Shown: one piece after another, positions 45,001-53,500 of the stretch
How positions within the stretch are numbered: the first letter of the stretch is position 1
Layout: every line of letters starts with the position of its first letter
DNA from: a virus
Lineage: Duplodnaviria; Caudoviricetes
Virus record (IMG/VR): IMGVR_UViG_641509473_000001
Coordinates: 20,202-84,201 of that record
Strand: one strand, 5' to 3'
DNA length: 64,000 nt
The notes under the pieces: model-generated
What the model was told of the DNA's origin: nothing
What the model saw: the letters and a program-made list of their open reading frames with translations, nothing else
Database searches by the model: none
Program-made: the position numbers and the translations under genes

Positions 45001-48000
45001 CATCCAGGCCGGAGCGGAGCAGGCTTCGCAAGAGGCGCGCTTCAAGGTGCTTCGCGGCAACCTGCAGAGCGGCCTCTTCGCCAACCGGGTGCAAGCGGCT
45101 AGTGAGCTTCTGACCAAAGAAATGTTCAAGCGGGCCCTCTCGCCCGAAGAGCTGAGGACCGCGAACTACCTGGCCCAGCTTGACGGGGCGAAGGTGGACG
45201 CGGCGCTCAAAGCCCTTTCTAGCGGCGAAGCGGTAAGCGACAAGCTCGGCAAGGAAGAGGCCGACCTTCTCGCCTTCCTTGGCGTGGACTTGAGGAACTT
45301 GGCCGTTACGCCTGAGCTTAAGAAGCTCCTGGAAAGCCCGTACCTAACCGACCGTAGGGCGGGACTGCAGGAGCTCTTGGCCAAGCTCAAGGGGGTTGTG
45401 GCGCCTGACGCCGAAGTCCTCACCGCCTTGCAACGGGAGCTCAACACCCTGACGGCTCAAGTGGGCGAAGCGGACCTGCAACGCGCGCTAGAGGACCTGA
45501 ACAACTCCGAAGTGTTGCGCTACGGAGTGGGCGGAACGCGGGCGGCCTTGGAGGCCGTGCGCCAGCAGATGGCCCTGGTCAGGATGGCCGCGGTCCGCAC
45601 GGGCCTTCCCGTGGAAGGTTTGGAAACCCTGAGCGAGGAGCAGGTGGAAGCCCTGGCCAAGAAGCTAAACCTGAACACGGACGCGGTGAGGTCCTTGGTT
45701 AAGCTTTACCGGGACGTGCGGCTCAAGGTGCAGGGCCTGGAGCGGGAAGTGTCTATGAACGAGTACCTCCGCCCGGCGGACAGGCTCCTCTTCCGCTACG
45801 AGCGCCTTGGGGTGGACCTGGCCTACGCCGACATCGCCGCTAAGGTTCAGGCGGAGGAGGGCTTGTTTGGCGGGATGCAGGAGGAGCTCTTCCGGCTCGC
45901 GGGTGGCAAGGTGGATTACCAGAGCCTGCTCGGCCTTAGCCCCAACGAGCTTAGCGAGCTCTTCGGCGTGGCCCCGGAAGTGGCCCAAAAGATTCTAGAG
46001 CTAGCTAGGGCCTTGGACGCCCTTAAGCGCCAGTTGGAAGACGACAAAGTGGCCCAGAGCGTGGAGAACCTAGCTAGGGTCATGGCGGAAGTCTCCCGCA
46101 TGCTGGACCGGGCTTCTCAGACCGGCAACTTCGCTCAGGTACTTGAAGCGCGTCAAGCCGCGTTCACCAAGTATTCCGATACCTTGGAGGAAGGCTTGGC
46201 CCGGCTTGGCATCAAGGAAGAGGACCTGTACCTGACCGACGACGAGCTAAAAGCTAGAGGTCTAGGCAACCGCCTGCCGGAGGTGGAGAGGCTCAGGCAG
46301 TTGGCCGGGCTCAAGCGTCAGGCTAGGGTGGACGCCCTTAGCCTAGAGCTTCTAACGGTGCAGAACGTTGAAGGCGCTAAGGAAGTCCTGCAGAAATACG
46401 GCGTGGACATGAACGCGGCGATGGCCGCGGCGCCTGGTACGGAAGGGGCTAGGCTCCGGGAGACCTTGATGGAGAACCCCATCATCAAGCGGCTCCTAGA
46501 CCTCGGCAGCTTCGCCTATGGCCGTAGGCTAGGCGAGCTGGCCGCGAGCGGAAACACCGAGGCCATCCTGCAGGAGTTTGAACGGTTGGTGCAGGCTTTG
46601 GACGACTCCAGGTTCGGCAACCTCAAGGCCATGTACCGGAAGGGCCTGGACCCCGGAAGCTTCGCGCAACTGGCCAAGATGACCGGGGTGGACCCGGATA
46701 CCGCCAATAGGCTTGACCTCTTGACCTTGGCCTACGCTACCGGGCTTTCCAGAAAGGTGCAGGAAGCGGGGGACGAGATTGCGCGGCGCTACGACGTGAT
46801 GGCTCCCCTCTTCAACGGCCCATTTAGCGCCGCTAGGCTGGAGATTTTAAAACTGCAGGAGCTGTATGCTAAGTATAGCGAAAGCGCGGAAGAGGCGGCC
46901 AAGGAAGGTCGCTCGCCTGAAGCCGAGGCGTTCAAGGAGCAGGCCGAACGGGTGTTCAAAGAACTGCTTGATGCGCAAAAGCGCTATAGCCTCCTCATCG
47001 TGCGCGAGTGGAACGCCCTCTTGGCTAGCATGGAAGCCGCCCTCAAGGGAAGCTTGAAGGAAGCGGCCTCCGCCATCCTGTCCGAGGTGCTCTTCAACCG
47101 CTCCGGCAAGGAACTCGCTAAGGTGGACCGGAGGTACAAGGACGAGATAGGGTTCACCGAAAGCGAACTGGAAGAGGCCAAAAGGCAAAAGCAGGCGTTG
47201 GAGGAAAAGCTACGGCAAGGCGGCCTGAGCCAAGACGAGTACATCCGCACCAAGGAGCTTTACGAGTACTACACCCGCAAAGTCCAAGAGTTGGAGGACA
47301 AAGTCAAGCGGGTGAAGTTTGAGTGGGAGCAGGCTAGGCGGGAAGTGGAAAGCTTGGCGGAGGTTTTGGACCGCATCATCCAAAAGCTTGGCGACGCCAT
47401 TCTAGACAAGTTTATCGGAATGCTCGTGGACATGCTGTTTGAAGGGCTTAAGGTTAGCTGGAGCGGAAGCGGAGGCGCTACCGCTAGCGCGGGTAGCTCT
47501 GCCCTGGCGCCGCAAGGCGTGGCTACCCAGTCCTCCGGCATCACGGCGCAAAGCGTGCAGGCGGGCGCCACCACCGCCGCGGCGGTTACCGCTAGTGCGG
47601 TTAAGCCTCAAGGAAGCGCCGCGCCACAAGCTATACCGCCAGAGCTAGGTATGGCCTTCACCGGGTTCGCCGTGGGAAGCAAGATGGGCGACGGGGACAA
47701 CCTAGCCGCGGGTATAGGCGGGACCATGCTAGGCGTAGCCGGGCAGTCCGCAATGGGTGCGCTAGTCGCCGGAGCGGGTCTGGAAGGGGCCATGATGGCC
47801 GGACTTGGCGTTCTCGCCAACCCCGTGGCGTGGCTAGCCGTGGGCGCCGGAGTGGCTCTTGGCGCGGCCATAAGCTCTCACCTAAGGGCGGACGAGTTCA
47901 ACCGCAAGAACGCCGGTAGCGCCACCTACGGCCTGTACAATCCGGCGGACCAGGCTAGGCGCGGAGCGAAGCTTCAGGTCAAGGTGGACGTGAAGTCCGA

Positions 48001-48094
48001 CCTAGACCCCGACAAGGTAGCGGAAGAGGCCAAGAAGGCCATCGCGCAAGAAATGCGCAAAGAGGAGTACCGGGGAGGGCTAGAAAAGCTGTAA
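33086..48094 (+). CDS. gp96: Giant tape-measure protein (5,002 aa) with N-terminal virion RNA polymerase and internal M23 peptidase
   Basis: Position after chaperone; long helical body with TM segments; GDGALG (34607), DFDGD (35420-35434); HRGYD...HLHYE M23 motif (~42565-42835). Confidence 0.93.
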   Translation: MDLERYAIVVSAAVEADELVLDLDKSTLEELEAKLNQELAGTDQVGEQAGKELAEGLERGAVEGLDVRQVLAKLKAALKGEVRELATEEVKALRAAIQHALGVELDDNAKRQLAESAKLLDRIIESATRNQSLTVKLRFDADRSALLTAERLADAYLNRIREALKQDKSSPLYQAFSALAKGTGEKLSPDEAKFRAGLFADVRDRFLALLKQDLQSYIADQLKRGHAVGDIKLPDTQAILSEAGLPTLKQALLLSRAVDLDANNRAKLAKDLGQFMPEVAQVLKAPEKGASWEEINAVVREAKKAIHDAEEARRVALSLRSVTKEGNKPFAQQTGRFHTIELQEEGSPDEFQELLRLQASTQGHVDETTLARLVVQKRATKAILKKLLETADRPEEQAVWRAAIERLVIGNTAYDLKDDESFAKLIELAKKHPLEKVVKNVREVQFSEKVTLSDKYAFVPASNQGRIFLSHLRRENIYRTPTQRPLSLKVAEEGEGVRLKEMEEKALGDGALGILRPQSLGLPEDYTGVVQVRGELADPEGNVYAGLKGTVIVDPRAKEDFLNLNDLYRGDTVVDGKKYTKEEVDALIREKLKTGALQLNLGIHRVSTVEEAKVGKQVFLRHMGGVPFNRGRISPSEAAKWAAQAKELKFLPMIAGREMGLSHYQQIATLAKTFGVEVDEGQYSMAASHTAYKELDPEIYRLLEEGVELDAEGRPIVPIVIGKEMAAKLGLKEGDIAFTFRNPVMGHGGALLQARVAAIRDRLNAVVVNQEYAKSTGVDFDGDTLVVLPKGLPVDPHRLEVFQTLMAHAGLAGGRKGGGSVEPSPGELRFKEQLEVYDKVLARLSKSRLAAELRNAGVEDLSNPFEVVRQLESLGEEELLKAFKGYLRKGFAKELGLDLKSEEDRARLNQYLFEGFLDYRKQFQDPRRVYKKLPLMPSAALAASLLQVEAHKKEYDPSDPVALAAGQLTTSFLGLSEKLAQDLETSIDFPKLAEAIRAYNQAYSSGNEEQVAKARAELVKVLNDPTVQKFSLSNLLYQIITDRKKRDYSLRVRTESGKTYEYRNLYAVLNRLMQNLPVEEVADTVYDASGQAVEERVPLKQSATRSLVKGLLDLASGKVKEDPDGTVAEDLADLPVFGELEQLYGLVADAKYDPSSLKSALVKPNKPQGSYAEITTLLYRGIANQEGLAETNLPRDEVARRTADLLAKIADLKRAVALGELRGYEHLSRQEREEVQKYYLRMLEEQETLVKQSYKELVGGTLRSKLLESGFRENLTQALAGTKVSEKNLPEYVERLIGRITAPETDAELSGRLQRARKNQRLGVLNKALAEIFSDKDLGVGEAQAKKVLEVLRKADLLDPSLALKSGGMLSAAILPVSRLSTYLDLVQPPVAEIPEGIRNPELRSLLERLRGVSSHKFWSEHQTYGALVDRLAELLGEDTEETKLASRYVAEAFLGADVAYRVLPPTHLGELLQREVAIKGQRGKAVKALLGDKAPTLGNFFQTVYKPLWETLGNLLPVMGLVKRDGRVTNVGYEALGPALLMPESLVKGDTLAYADILAKYVPDLEKAQAKFGKRGGVLLERVATGYLDERGKFVESEERRELAKYRLVVQGVNLGKRAESITALLTAAVNRVLPASATVDNLTPVARFNRELERTLLQAIQEAVEEPTNLGEAKALEALEEAVNQVHQAVAEEVKDPAVKAALEEAKERVLEALKAEAEAKEPSELEEVKEKARELQEAKEKNRERIRSAVARLKAGEAKLQRIQALKERQDHITGREPVDEKTLEAQAAFAARYATEAVERGQYDAAEQILESMKANPTVNAKAVEEAQRVVRNLASASGGGGGDRPPSKPPAPPPPPEPEDEERKRKERKVVYWPSVFFTEKERQALFGTPEKPKDFSWSVYRGLVRNQAEEELFRAIYLNSQRGQSSKLGFYDFVVEYPEVANAFFGPLRSFAGRETVLPEKYLASLAEQFDNILSAYEAGDMDTLTNLVEDLNISVKRMENASKILADLREFKRTGALPHGRNLHTASRDALYYRRLMSLGGKELERAVEEGDLDTVLKVADRARHVEERIKLVQNAISNSLAFMLSSTVMGLFGTIQQEFVKIDRQAKAVAALANMTGKEGIGKGLSQVANALNVAQEELTQALVALSKEGHDPEKARETFARLKGVLDATGEGMNELVQLYKELDRVGVESKDALIKSVVKERVYLGEAAEVVSKLNLKPGEVKASDLDELIVAASRYYRSGVPLVLPERGEERRKRLEELVKEGRAIAASTPDAKTALEPTAMERLLKQAERTMRAVIEAAKPALAVIGSFLMALLKVLEGVAYVLSTPLGKVAVVAGTIYATLLAIMQIQKTFQVAEWVKSLMVGLQELNAELVSFLKNLVRAFTDGTFAEGLKNGPFGSLVQTLLGSLEAVFNHPKLREFGAALERVVKGAFERIKVGAGSVADLLRRVILGDREIPIGFVDPSSARMAELVRKHGWKGVVTGALPILGVLGAGAYQMAHAGDMNPFQHLLATAGNALMFASMFLPGGVLVRGLTLPLRALAGAAGAGLAFGVPFLAERTKRARESAEADKEFNRALSIAGGPEALAKAVAGELTPALEKAGYNAENLGQILDAAMTKGSAKVKNAAREVKAMADSLVGVRRVMDGLEERSRKYVQEYASYFRFAGSNAFTTLTDEQLEVFNRLFTTELTQEPAYRVLTKGLNLRLQAKIVELFQQNFIEGPLGFMARGLGIDQGKLLYEVAKVREEARQFSMVDQGYFPELFKSASLDYYTGKGLDYNLKNALMVELLSGLRGATLGETLKRTQSALGLVGASTGFAIGTAILPGAGSFLGALLGYLLSQFASPYVAGLAQRYGNLNVVRPTGYPSASLRAALSVAGASAQVEADLVDALKTDGVKRAEAVFTRGLSAFRGKERVKARQAVEEAVKELNEYVSTVQSGLVKQYTLQALGFDFKARLEGGQAYMSLGGLGTRRIRSQLPELEAQYRAELEKLNILEAGFSKYLTFTRTDSGVEVRIREGQELNPIAQAAFARAVEEVKDFGLNLAKLNDQLKQVRFAELLEQIAIKAEEAFVRRIGQIGQGAELVAGKLAMPESPFNAFLNRLVQNNLRDTGLFGDTRGGLASPQGFNPTSVFGGKVTQKPGEKLTNPNGHRGYDIALPAGSPVRWGNVEGKVLQVGYEEKGYGNYVAVQAPDGSVHIFAHLQELPKLKPGSVVKPGQVLGKSGSTGKSTGPHLHYEILSPNRVPVRDEAAFQTYASRVYGQNALSVPASEFLLDEKTLKEAELAWRKVMAPYFAAPYGTSVEKRQELLNRAVQAAQQDAAIRKAALTAFQQVYERAPKKGELEAFVRKVIYLSAEGRDLDNALILALGEAQARERETAMEKGTVRLERELYAPDKTITTFRFQREQAEKEFEEARLRAKTEMETALAQLDARYKTDQRPVDLAYRSERQRILDRYKTEVARLQQNLDVKLAEIAYNELVYRLERETALIRNERERITRQLNALKAYREQNWNKLKANTNAELNKRIEELELQLAMMGPDFSALREAEVRANLAQMLTGLNRPNLALNVQKLAESVYNDRELTTEQKRKLGVNPFATSLQDLLLPGGLMEGFLAAGKVADKYADTTLPKLQAYKNRLAYAALQGAAYLLESPVELANLLQKKAEYMASELRKNPKVAQAAKALGVGVEELVGYVAENVLGGALREGYALARQAKQSALQLRVLGAAASPFFSDLSVDFQRRALEMEAGLEDLKRSPLDLSGTERLELIKRAEAAVKRAKEVAPILDEVATRYNRLQVAAFRDNLQGGRLLEAQLQFAESVLENKRLSDEERYGVLRSFGLSPEGLRQQIRDLVFQRQAEVQDFAFRLRQREQAVALFQRYGLSPSLEADLARAELEVQREREAALLEVARQREQTLRAVDTYSTPELLAVAQELGVPAEVEDLRTAVKEALRERFAALERAIQAGAEQASQEARFKVLRGNLQSGLFANRVQAASELLTKEMFKRALSPEELRTANYLAQLDGAKVDAALKALSSGEAVSDKLGKEEADLLAFLGVDLRNLAVTPELKKLLESPYLTDRRAGLQELLAKLKGVVAPDAEVLTALQRELNTLTAQVGEADLQRALEDLNNSEVLRYGVGGTRAALEAVRQQMALVRMAAVRTGLPVEGLETLSEEQVEALAKKLNLNTDAVRSLVKLYRDVRLKVQGLEREVSMNEYLRPADRLLFRYERLGVDLAYADIAAKVQAEEGLFGGMQEELFRLAGGKVDYQSLLGLSPNELSELFGVAPEVAQKILELARALDALKRQLEDDKVAQSVENLARVMAEVSRMLDRASQTGNFAQVLEARQAAFTKYSDTLEEGLARLGIKEEDLYLTDDELKARGLGNRLPEVERLRQLAGLKRQARVDALSLELLTVQNVEGAKEVLQKYGVDMNAAMAAAPGTEGARLRETLMENPIIKRLLDLGSFAYGRRLGELAASGNTEAILQEFERLVQALDDSRFGNLKAMYRKGLDPGSFAQLAKMTGVDPDTANRLDLLTLAYATGLSRKVQEAGDEIARRYDVMAPLFNGPFSAARLEILKLQELYAKYSESAEEAAKEGRSPEAEAFKEQAERVFKELLDAQKRYSLLIVREWNALLASMEAALKGSLKEAASAILSEVLFNRSGKELAKVDRRYKDEIGFTESELEEAKRQKQALEEKLRQGGLSQDEYIRTKELYEYYTRKVQELEDKVKRVKFEWEQARREVESLAEVLDRIIQKLGDAILDKFIGMLVDMLFEGLKVSWSGSGGATASAGSSALAPQGVATQSSGITAQSVQAGATTAAAVTASAVKPQGSAAPQAIPPELGMAFTGFAVGSKMGDGDNLAAGIGGTMLGVAGQSAMGALVAGAGLEGAMMAGLGVLANPVAWLAVGAGVALGAAISSHLRADEFNRKNAGSATYGLYNPADQARRGAKLQVKVDVKSDLDPDKVAEEAKKAIAQEMRKEEYRGGLEKL

Positions 48095-48150
48095 GGGACA
48101 TGGCGGGGGTTTCACGCCCCCGCCAAGCCTCCCCTGGTCTAGGAGGCGCC

Positions 48151-48756
48151 ATGGCAAGCACCTTTGGCTCCCTTTTCCCCAACTACCTTCTGGTCTACCC
48201 GGACGAGACCTTTGTTTGGGACGTTAGCGACGACGCTCTTGTAAACGCGTTATTTCAAGGTCCTAGCGATGGGGCCTTAAACGGCACCCCGGTTAGCGAG
48301 CTAGACCGCTTAGAGTACGGGAAAAAGTACACCTACCAGGGAAGCGACCTCTTGGTGGTGGAGTACTACTTGAAGTCGGGAAGCCCGTGGGCGGTTTTGC
48401 TAAACGAGCAGTACGCCGCTCCGCTTCCCTCTTCTCTTCACGTGCAGAGGCTAAGGCGCCGCACCTCCAGGCTCACCATCAACGGCAAGGTGCTATTTAG
48501 CTGGGCCATTAGCGGCAAGCCGGTGTACGTCCAGCTAGACTGGGAGGACCTTGACCCGCTGACGGCGAGCGTGGGGATTGCCGTCATCGCTACTAGCCGG
48601 GGAAACCTGCAGACGCTTACCCTACCCGCCAAGGAGCGCCTGGTGCTCTTGGCTGGGCCGCCTGAGGTGCAGGCCACCTTGAGCGAAGGCCGGACGAGCA
48701 TGCATTGGTACGCGGCGGGTAAGGTGTATGAGCCAGACACCGTGGCGGCGATGTGA
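48151..48756 (+). CDS. Tail-tip protein (distal-tail position)
   Basis: AGGAGG SD before ATG at 48151; follows TMP. Confidence 0.6.
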   Translation: MASTFGSLFPNYLLVYPDETFVWDVSDDALVNALFQGPSDGALNGTPVSELDRLEYGKKYTYQGSDLLVVEYYLKSGSPWAVLLNEQYAAPLPSSLHVQRLRRRTSRLTINGKVLFSWAISGKPVYVQLDWEDLDPLTASVGIAVIATSRGNLQTLTLPAKERLVLLAGPPEVQATLSEGRTSMHWYAAGKVYEPDTVAAM

Positions 48757-49445
48757 GGCGTATGTTGCTAGTCAAAGAGACCGTTCCTAACGCCGACCTG
48801 GTGGTCTACCGGGAAGGCTTTCTGTATCTCAAAGTAGGCGCCCGTTGGTATGTCGACCCGATTCAGGCCGACCCGGTGGAGCTAAAGCCTAGCTTTCTGC
48901 CCTTGCGGGCGGTGGTGATAAGAGAGGGACTCGTGCTTCTTGGAGAGCACGGAGCCGCCATCGTAAAGGGCGCGGCTATGGAGGAATACCTAGACCTAGA
49001 GCGGCCTTGGGCGCCGCTTGGCGTGCTAATGGACGGGAACAAGACGGTGAGCGGCGTGCCCCACCGCCTAAGGGACCGGGAGGACCTGTGGGGGCTTCCC
49101 CTAACCCGTACCAAGACCTGGTGGGTTTCAGGCCAGTTCGGGCTAAAAGGAAGCTTCCCGGTAGTAGGAGGTCTAGCTAGCGAGGCCAAGTGGGTCTTCG
49201 GCGACAAGCAGATGTTCGTCTACTGGTCTGGGCTCAAAGGCACCCTGCACTTCGGCGCCCCGCCGGAGGTGGGCATCCCCTACACTTACACCCTGCCCTT
49301 GGTGGGTAGCCGGGACGCCTACTACTTCTCCGGGGACGGGGCTAACTGGGTGATGCGCCGGGTGGAGGGTTGGACATTCGGCACGGAGAAGGGTCTTGGC
49401 CTGTACCAGGAGGGCAAGGTCTACGCCCTGAAGGGGTTGGTGTGA
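48753..49445 (+). CDS. Putative tail-tip protein
   Basis: ORF in late operon. Confidence 0.6.
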   Translation: MRRMLLVKETVPNADLVVYREGFLYLKVGARWYVDPIQADPVELKPSFLPLRAVVIREGLVLLGEHGAAIVKGAAMEEYLDLERPWAPLGVLMDGNKTVSGVPHRLRDREDLWGLPLTRTKTWWVSGQFGLKGSFPVVGGLASEAKWVFGDKQMFVYWSGLKGTLHFGAPPEVGIPYTYTLPLVGSRDAYYFSGDGANWVMRRVEGWTFGTEKGLGLYQEGKVYALKGLV

Positions 49446-50567
49446 ATGCTTAGAGGCGGCTCTATAGAGTTCAACCGGGACGCGTACCGTACCCTAGGCC
49501 AAGGCGGAGGGTTTTTGGTAGGTACCAAAGAGGCCGTAGGGAGCGTGTTCGCGCCCAAGGACTTCGCCCAAGGACAAGGCGGCTACGCCCTAGCCTACCG
49601 CAACTACGATTACGTCTTGAGCTACCTGCCCTTTGACGACCGGGTGTACTGGATTCCAGAGCCTAGCGAGCTTTTGGTGCGGCTAGGCCGTAGCGGAGAC
49701 GTGCTCTACACCCAAGGAGGCCCGGCCTTCTTCCAGAAGGGCAATCCCGACTTGCTTGACATGGACTACGTAATGAGTTGGGACCTCATGAGCCGGGAAG
49801 TCTTAGACGTGGTGGAAAGCGTGGTGGAATCCAACCAACCCCTAATCCTAAGCCCGGACCCCTTCGGGTTGGCCCTGGTGGCCTACGCCGAGGACCTCAA
49901 CGTGGAGCCGGTCAAGGGCGTCCAGGACGGCTACCGAGTGCGCCTGGAGACCACCATCCTGGAAGCGGCGGCCTTGGGGGTGCTCCAGCTCCCGGCGGAC
50001 GGGTCCAATCCCGCCGCCGACTGGTGGGGTAACGATTTCGTTAGGGTGTCTAGCGCCGCTAGGGCTAGCAACGGGGTCTGGGTCTACCGGGACGCGGCCT
50101 ATGTAGACGACACGGTGAAAGGAGCCATGTATCCGGGCATAGGCGCCGTGGCTATAGCCTTTATGGAGTCCGTGCCTAGAGTTTTGGTGGGCACGGAAGG
50201 CTACAGCACCTACTTCCAAGTGGGGCTTACCACCTTACGCTTAGGCGACAAGACCGTGTCCTTACCTGCAGGTATGGGCAAAGGAACGGTGGGCGTGGTG
50301 TTATTCGCCTACGACGTGGTGCGCAAGACCATGTGGGGAGCGCTAGCCGCGGTGGGGATTGGGCACGACCCGGTTAGGATGGTGGTGGACCAACCCCTAC
50401 CCGCGAGCTTCCGCACCCCAGACGTGTTGAACGTTGGTGGGATGACTTACTGGCGTCCCATTAGCGGGCGTGTGGGTTGGCCCTACGAGTTTTCCGAGGG
50501 ATTGGTTAGCCATCTATTAAGCCTAACGCTAGAGGAGACGGGAAGCTGGAGGTGGGCACGTGGCTGA
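49446..50567 (+). CDS. Putative tail-tip protein
   Basis: ORF in late operon. Confidence 0.6.
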   Translation: MLRGGSIEFNRDAYRTLGQGGGFLVGTKEAVGSVFAPKDFAQGQGGYALAYRNYDYVLSYLPFDDRVYWIPEPSELLVRLGRSGDVLYTQGGPAFFQKGNPDLLDMDYVMSWDLMSREVLDVVESVVESNQPLILSPDPFGLALVAYAEDLNVEPVKGVQDGYRVRLETTILEAAALGVLQLPADGSNPAADWWGNDFVRVSSAARASNGVWVYRDAAYVDDTVKGAMYPGIGAVAIAFMESVPRVLVGTEGYSTYFQVGLTTLRLGDKTVSLPAGMGKGTVGVVLFAYDVVRKTMWGALAAVGIGHDPVRMVVDQPLPASFRTPDVLNVGGMTYWRPISGRVGWPYEFSEGLVSHLLSLTLEETGSWRWARG

Positions 50568-53500
50568 GCACGTCTTTACCCCTTACCGCACGGAAAAGCC
50601 TTGTAGCGTTAAAGCTTATAGCGTAAACAAAAGCCAAGCGAAGCACTACTTGGTAGTGTCGGTGAGGTTTGTAGCGGCAGAGCCCAATGTGCAGAACTAT
50701 CAAAACGTCATTGAAACTTATGTCTTAGACCCGCACGAACTCGCAAGCTGGTACAACGCCGGTATAGACGCTGATAAGGCTTTGCAACTAGACCTATTCG
50801 CGGAATCGGTGATGCATGTGGGTCGGTACGACCCGTTTTATCCGTTGAACTTACCGCTATTTGCCGTATCCTCGCCGATTAACTGGAAAACAAGAGCGCT
50901 CATTAGCTCACTAAATGGGGCACCCACACCTTACCCAATGCCGGGCGGACAAGCTTCTTGGTTTGCGTTCGGCTACTACGACCAATGGGGCTCTAGTTTT
51001 GTTGCACCGACGGCACAGAACAAGTACATAGATGGAACTACTCAAAAGGCTATTACTAGTGGCCTTATCCCAAAAATAGGACAGATAAGGTCTGGAATAC
51101 AAGCTCAATGGACCACCACATGGCCCGGAAACGTACTTGACGCGTATGGCATAACCATTAACGGTACACCAGTAGTGTCCCCTAATAATGTGGGCACTCC
51201 ACAGGTAGAAAGCCGCTTCTTCATTTACGGAGGGATTCGCAAGTTTACAGAAGGTGATGCCGACAACTTCCTCTTCGTGCTAAAACATTCCTTTAACGCT
51301 AGTCCAGCACAAGCCGGAAGCGTCATACCAAGCACCTTCACCGTGGTTATTGAAGACAAAATCTCCCAAGGCGACTGGCTGATGGCAAACACCAACGCCT
51401 CTAGCTATGGGAGATATTACAAAGCCGAGCTCGCGTTAAGCCAACTACCGTTAGGGGTTAGCGGCTTTATGCGCCGTATAACGGAAGATGGTTGGAACTG
51501 GTGGGTTTACAATAAGCCTAACACCGGAGCGGAAACCTTCCTAACTGGCCAGCCTGTGGGTACGCCCGAAGGTGAGATGGGCAGGCTATTGGACGCCGCC
51601 ATTAGCTACATCCTGTCCTACGGGGTGGTCGCCTCGGCACGGGTGGCAGACGCCTTCGCCTACCTAGTGCGGGCGGCGCCTTTAAACGACTACAGCGGTA
51701 CACCAAGCGCCTATTTCAACTTTTGCCCTAGTAGCCAGCCCCCAGGCGGCGGGGATGGAGGTGGCGGCTCAGGCGAGGGTACTGGTGGAGGCGACGCTGG
51801 CGGAGGGACTGACGGAGGAACCGGGGGCGGTACGGGCGGGGGAGATAGCTCGGCCACTTCGCCCGACCTAGGTCCAATCTTCACCCAGTCCCTATACCGC
51901 TACGGCTTCGCCAGCGACTTCCCCCTTTGGAGCTGGTCCTCGGAGCGGCACGAGTACCGGGCGGCCACCAAATACAACGTGGTAACGCGCCACCCGCTAA
52001 TGCCGCGCGACCTGCAGGACCTTTACATCACCAACTTCTCCGGTGCGCCCGTTTCCTACACCACGTACGAGGACCGCATCGTCATCAACGGAGAGCCGCC
52101 CTTTTTCGTCTACTTCAACCCGCAATCGGGTCAAGGCGCGGTGCCGCTAAGCTTGCCCCCAGTTGGCGAGTGGTCGGCGGTGCAGAAGCGCCTACCTTTG
52201 GCCGGGTTTGAGCCGGAAAACGGGCTATGGGTGGTGAAGCTAGGCGGCTACGGAGAACCCGACCCGACCTTGGCCGCGGCTAGGCGAGATGCCGTTACTC
52301 CATACGACGCTAGCCCGTACGTTACGCGCATAACCGGAAGCGCGGTAGAGCTTGTTGTACCGCATAACGTAGCCCAACAGGTGCTCTCCAACGTAACCTT
52401 CCCCATCTACGTGGGCTACCGCACGGATACCCAAAGCGAACTTCCGGTGAAGTACGCCTACGTTACCCAAACGAGCATTGAACCTGGACAGAGCACGCTA
52501 AGGGTGAGCTTGGGCATGGTGGAGCCCAAGAGCTTCTTCAACGTGGACATCTCCTCTCTAGAAAAGAGCGACGCCTTGCCTAGAGGCGTGCAGAGCGAGC
52601 TAGACTGGGTGCGGTGGCTATTCAAGCTTTCGGGCATGTACGGACTTTTGAGCATGGAACCTGGACTAGGGTTCAAGCCGCTAGAGTTCTGGACGGCGGC
52701 CTACCCGGACGGCCCTGGAATACCCGAAGAGGAAATGTGGGACCGATTCTTGAACCTGAACCTTACTAGCACCATTGGCGAAATAGAGAACCTCCTGCAA
52801 GCTAACCTGTGCACGAGCGTAGAAAGACCGGACGGCGGACTTCACATTGTACCGCTAGTTCCGAACGCTCACTTGACGCCCGCGGAGTTTCTAAGGCCGG
52901 AAGCTAGGGTGCTCTTCTACGGTGTGGACGCCGACGCGCGCACCTACCGCCGAGACCCCAAGCTAGACATCGGTAGCCTGGAAGTGAACGTGGACAATAG
53001 CTTCGCCGTGGTGGAGGTGGAAGGGTACAGCAACACGGTGCAGGGCAACCTCGTGCGCACCTACGCCACCTTCGTGCAGGGAGGAAGAGAAACCCAAATC
53101 CTGCAGATAGACGCCGGGCTTTGGGACAACGACTCTGGGCGTTTTGAGCAGATGTGGGAAACCATGAAGACCGCTCAAGGAAACTACGACGACCCGGATA
53201 CTGTTGTTCCGAACGTAATGGACGCCAACGAACCCGGCTTCCGCTTTTCTAAACTTTTTAATGGCGTGCCTAAGCGCGTGTATTACCCGGAGTCCTGGTA
53301 CCGGCTGGTAGGTATGGATAGCCGGGACCCTAGCAATCTAGAGTGGGAATCTGGGGACGCTAACTACCATGTGGCTCTAGAAAAGTACCAGTTTGGGCTT
53401 TTAACAGAACAAGCCGCCCAAGGGTACGACTTAGACAACTACTACAACCTACTTCCAGAAAACCAAAAGAACTTTAACAAAGCTCAGGTACTTTTGGGAT

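Noticed and set aside
48101-48125. Hairpin after the TMP gene as a terminator
   Set aside because: GC stem present but no U-tract; more likely a stabilising or processing hairpin.
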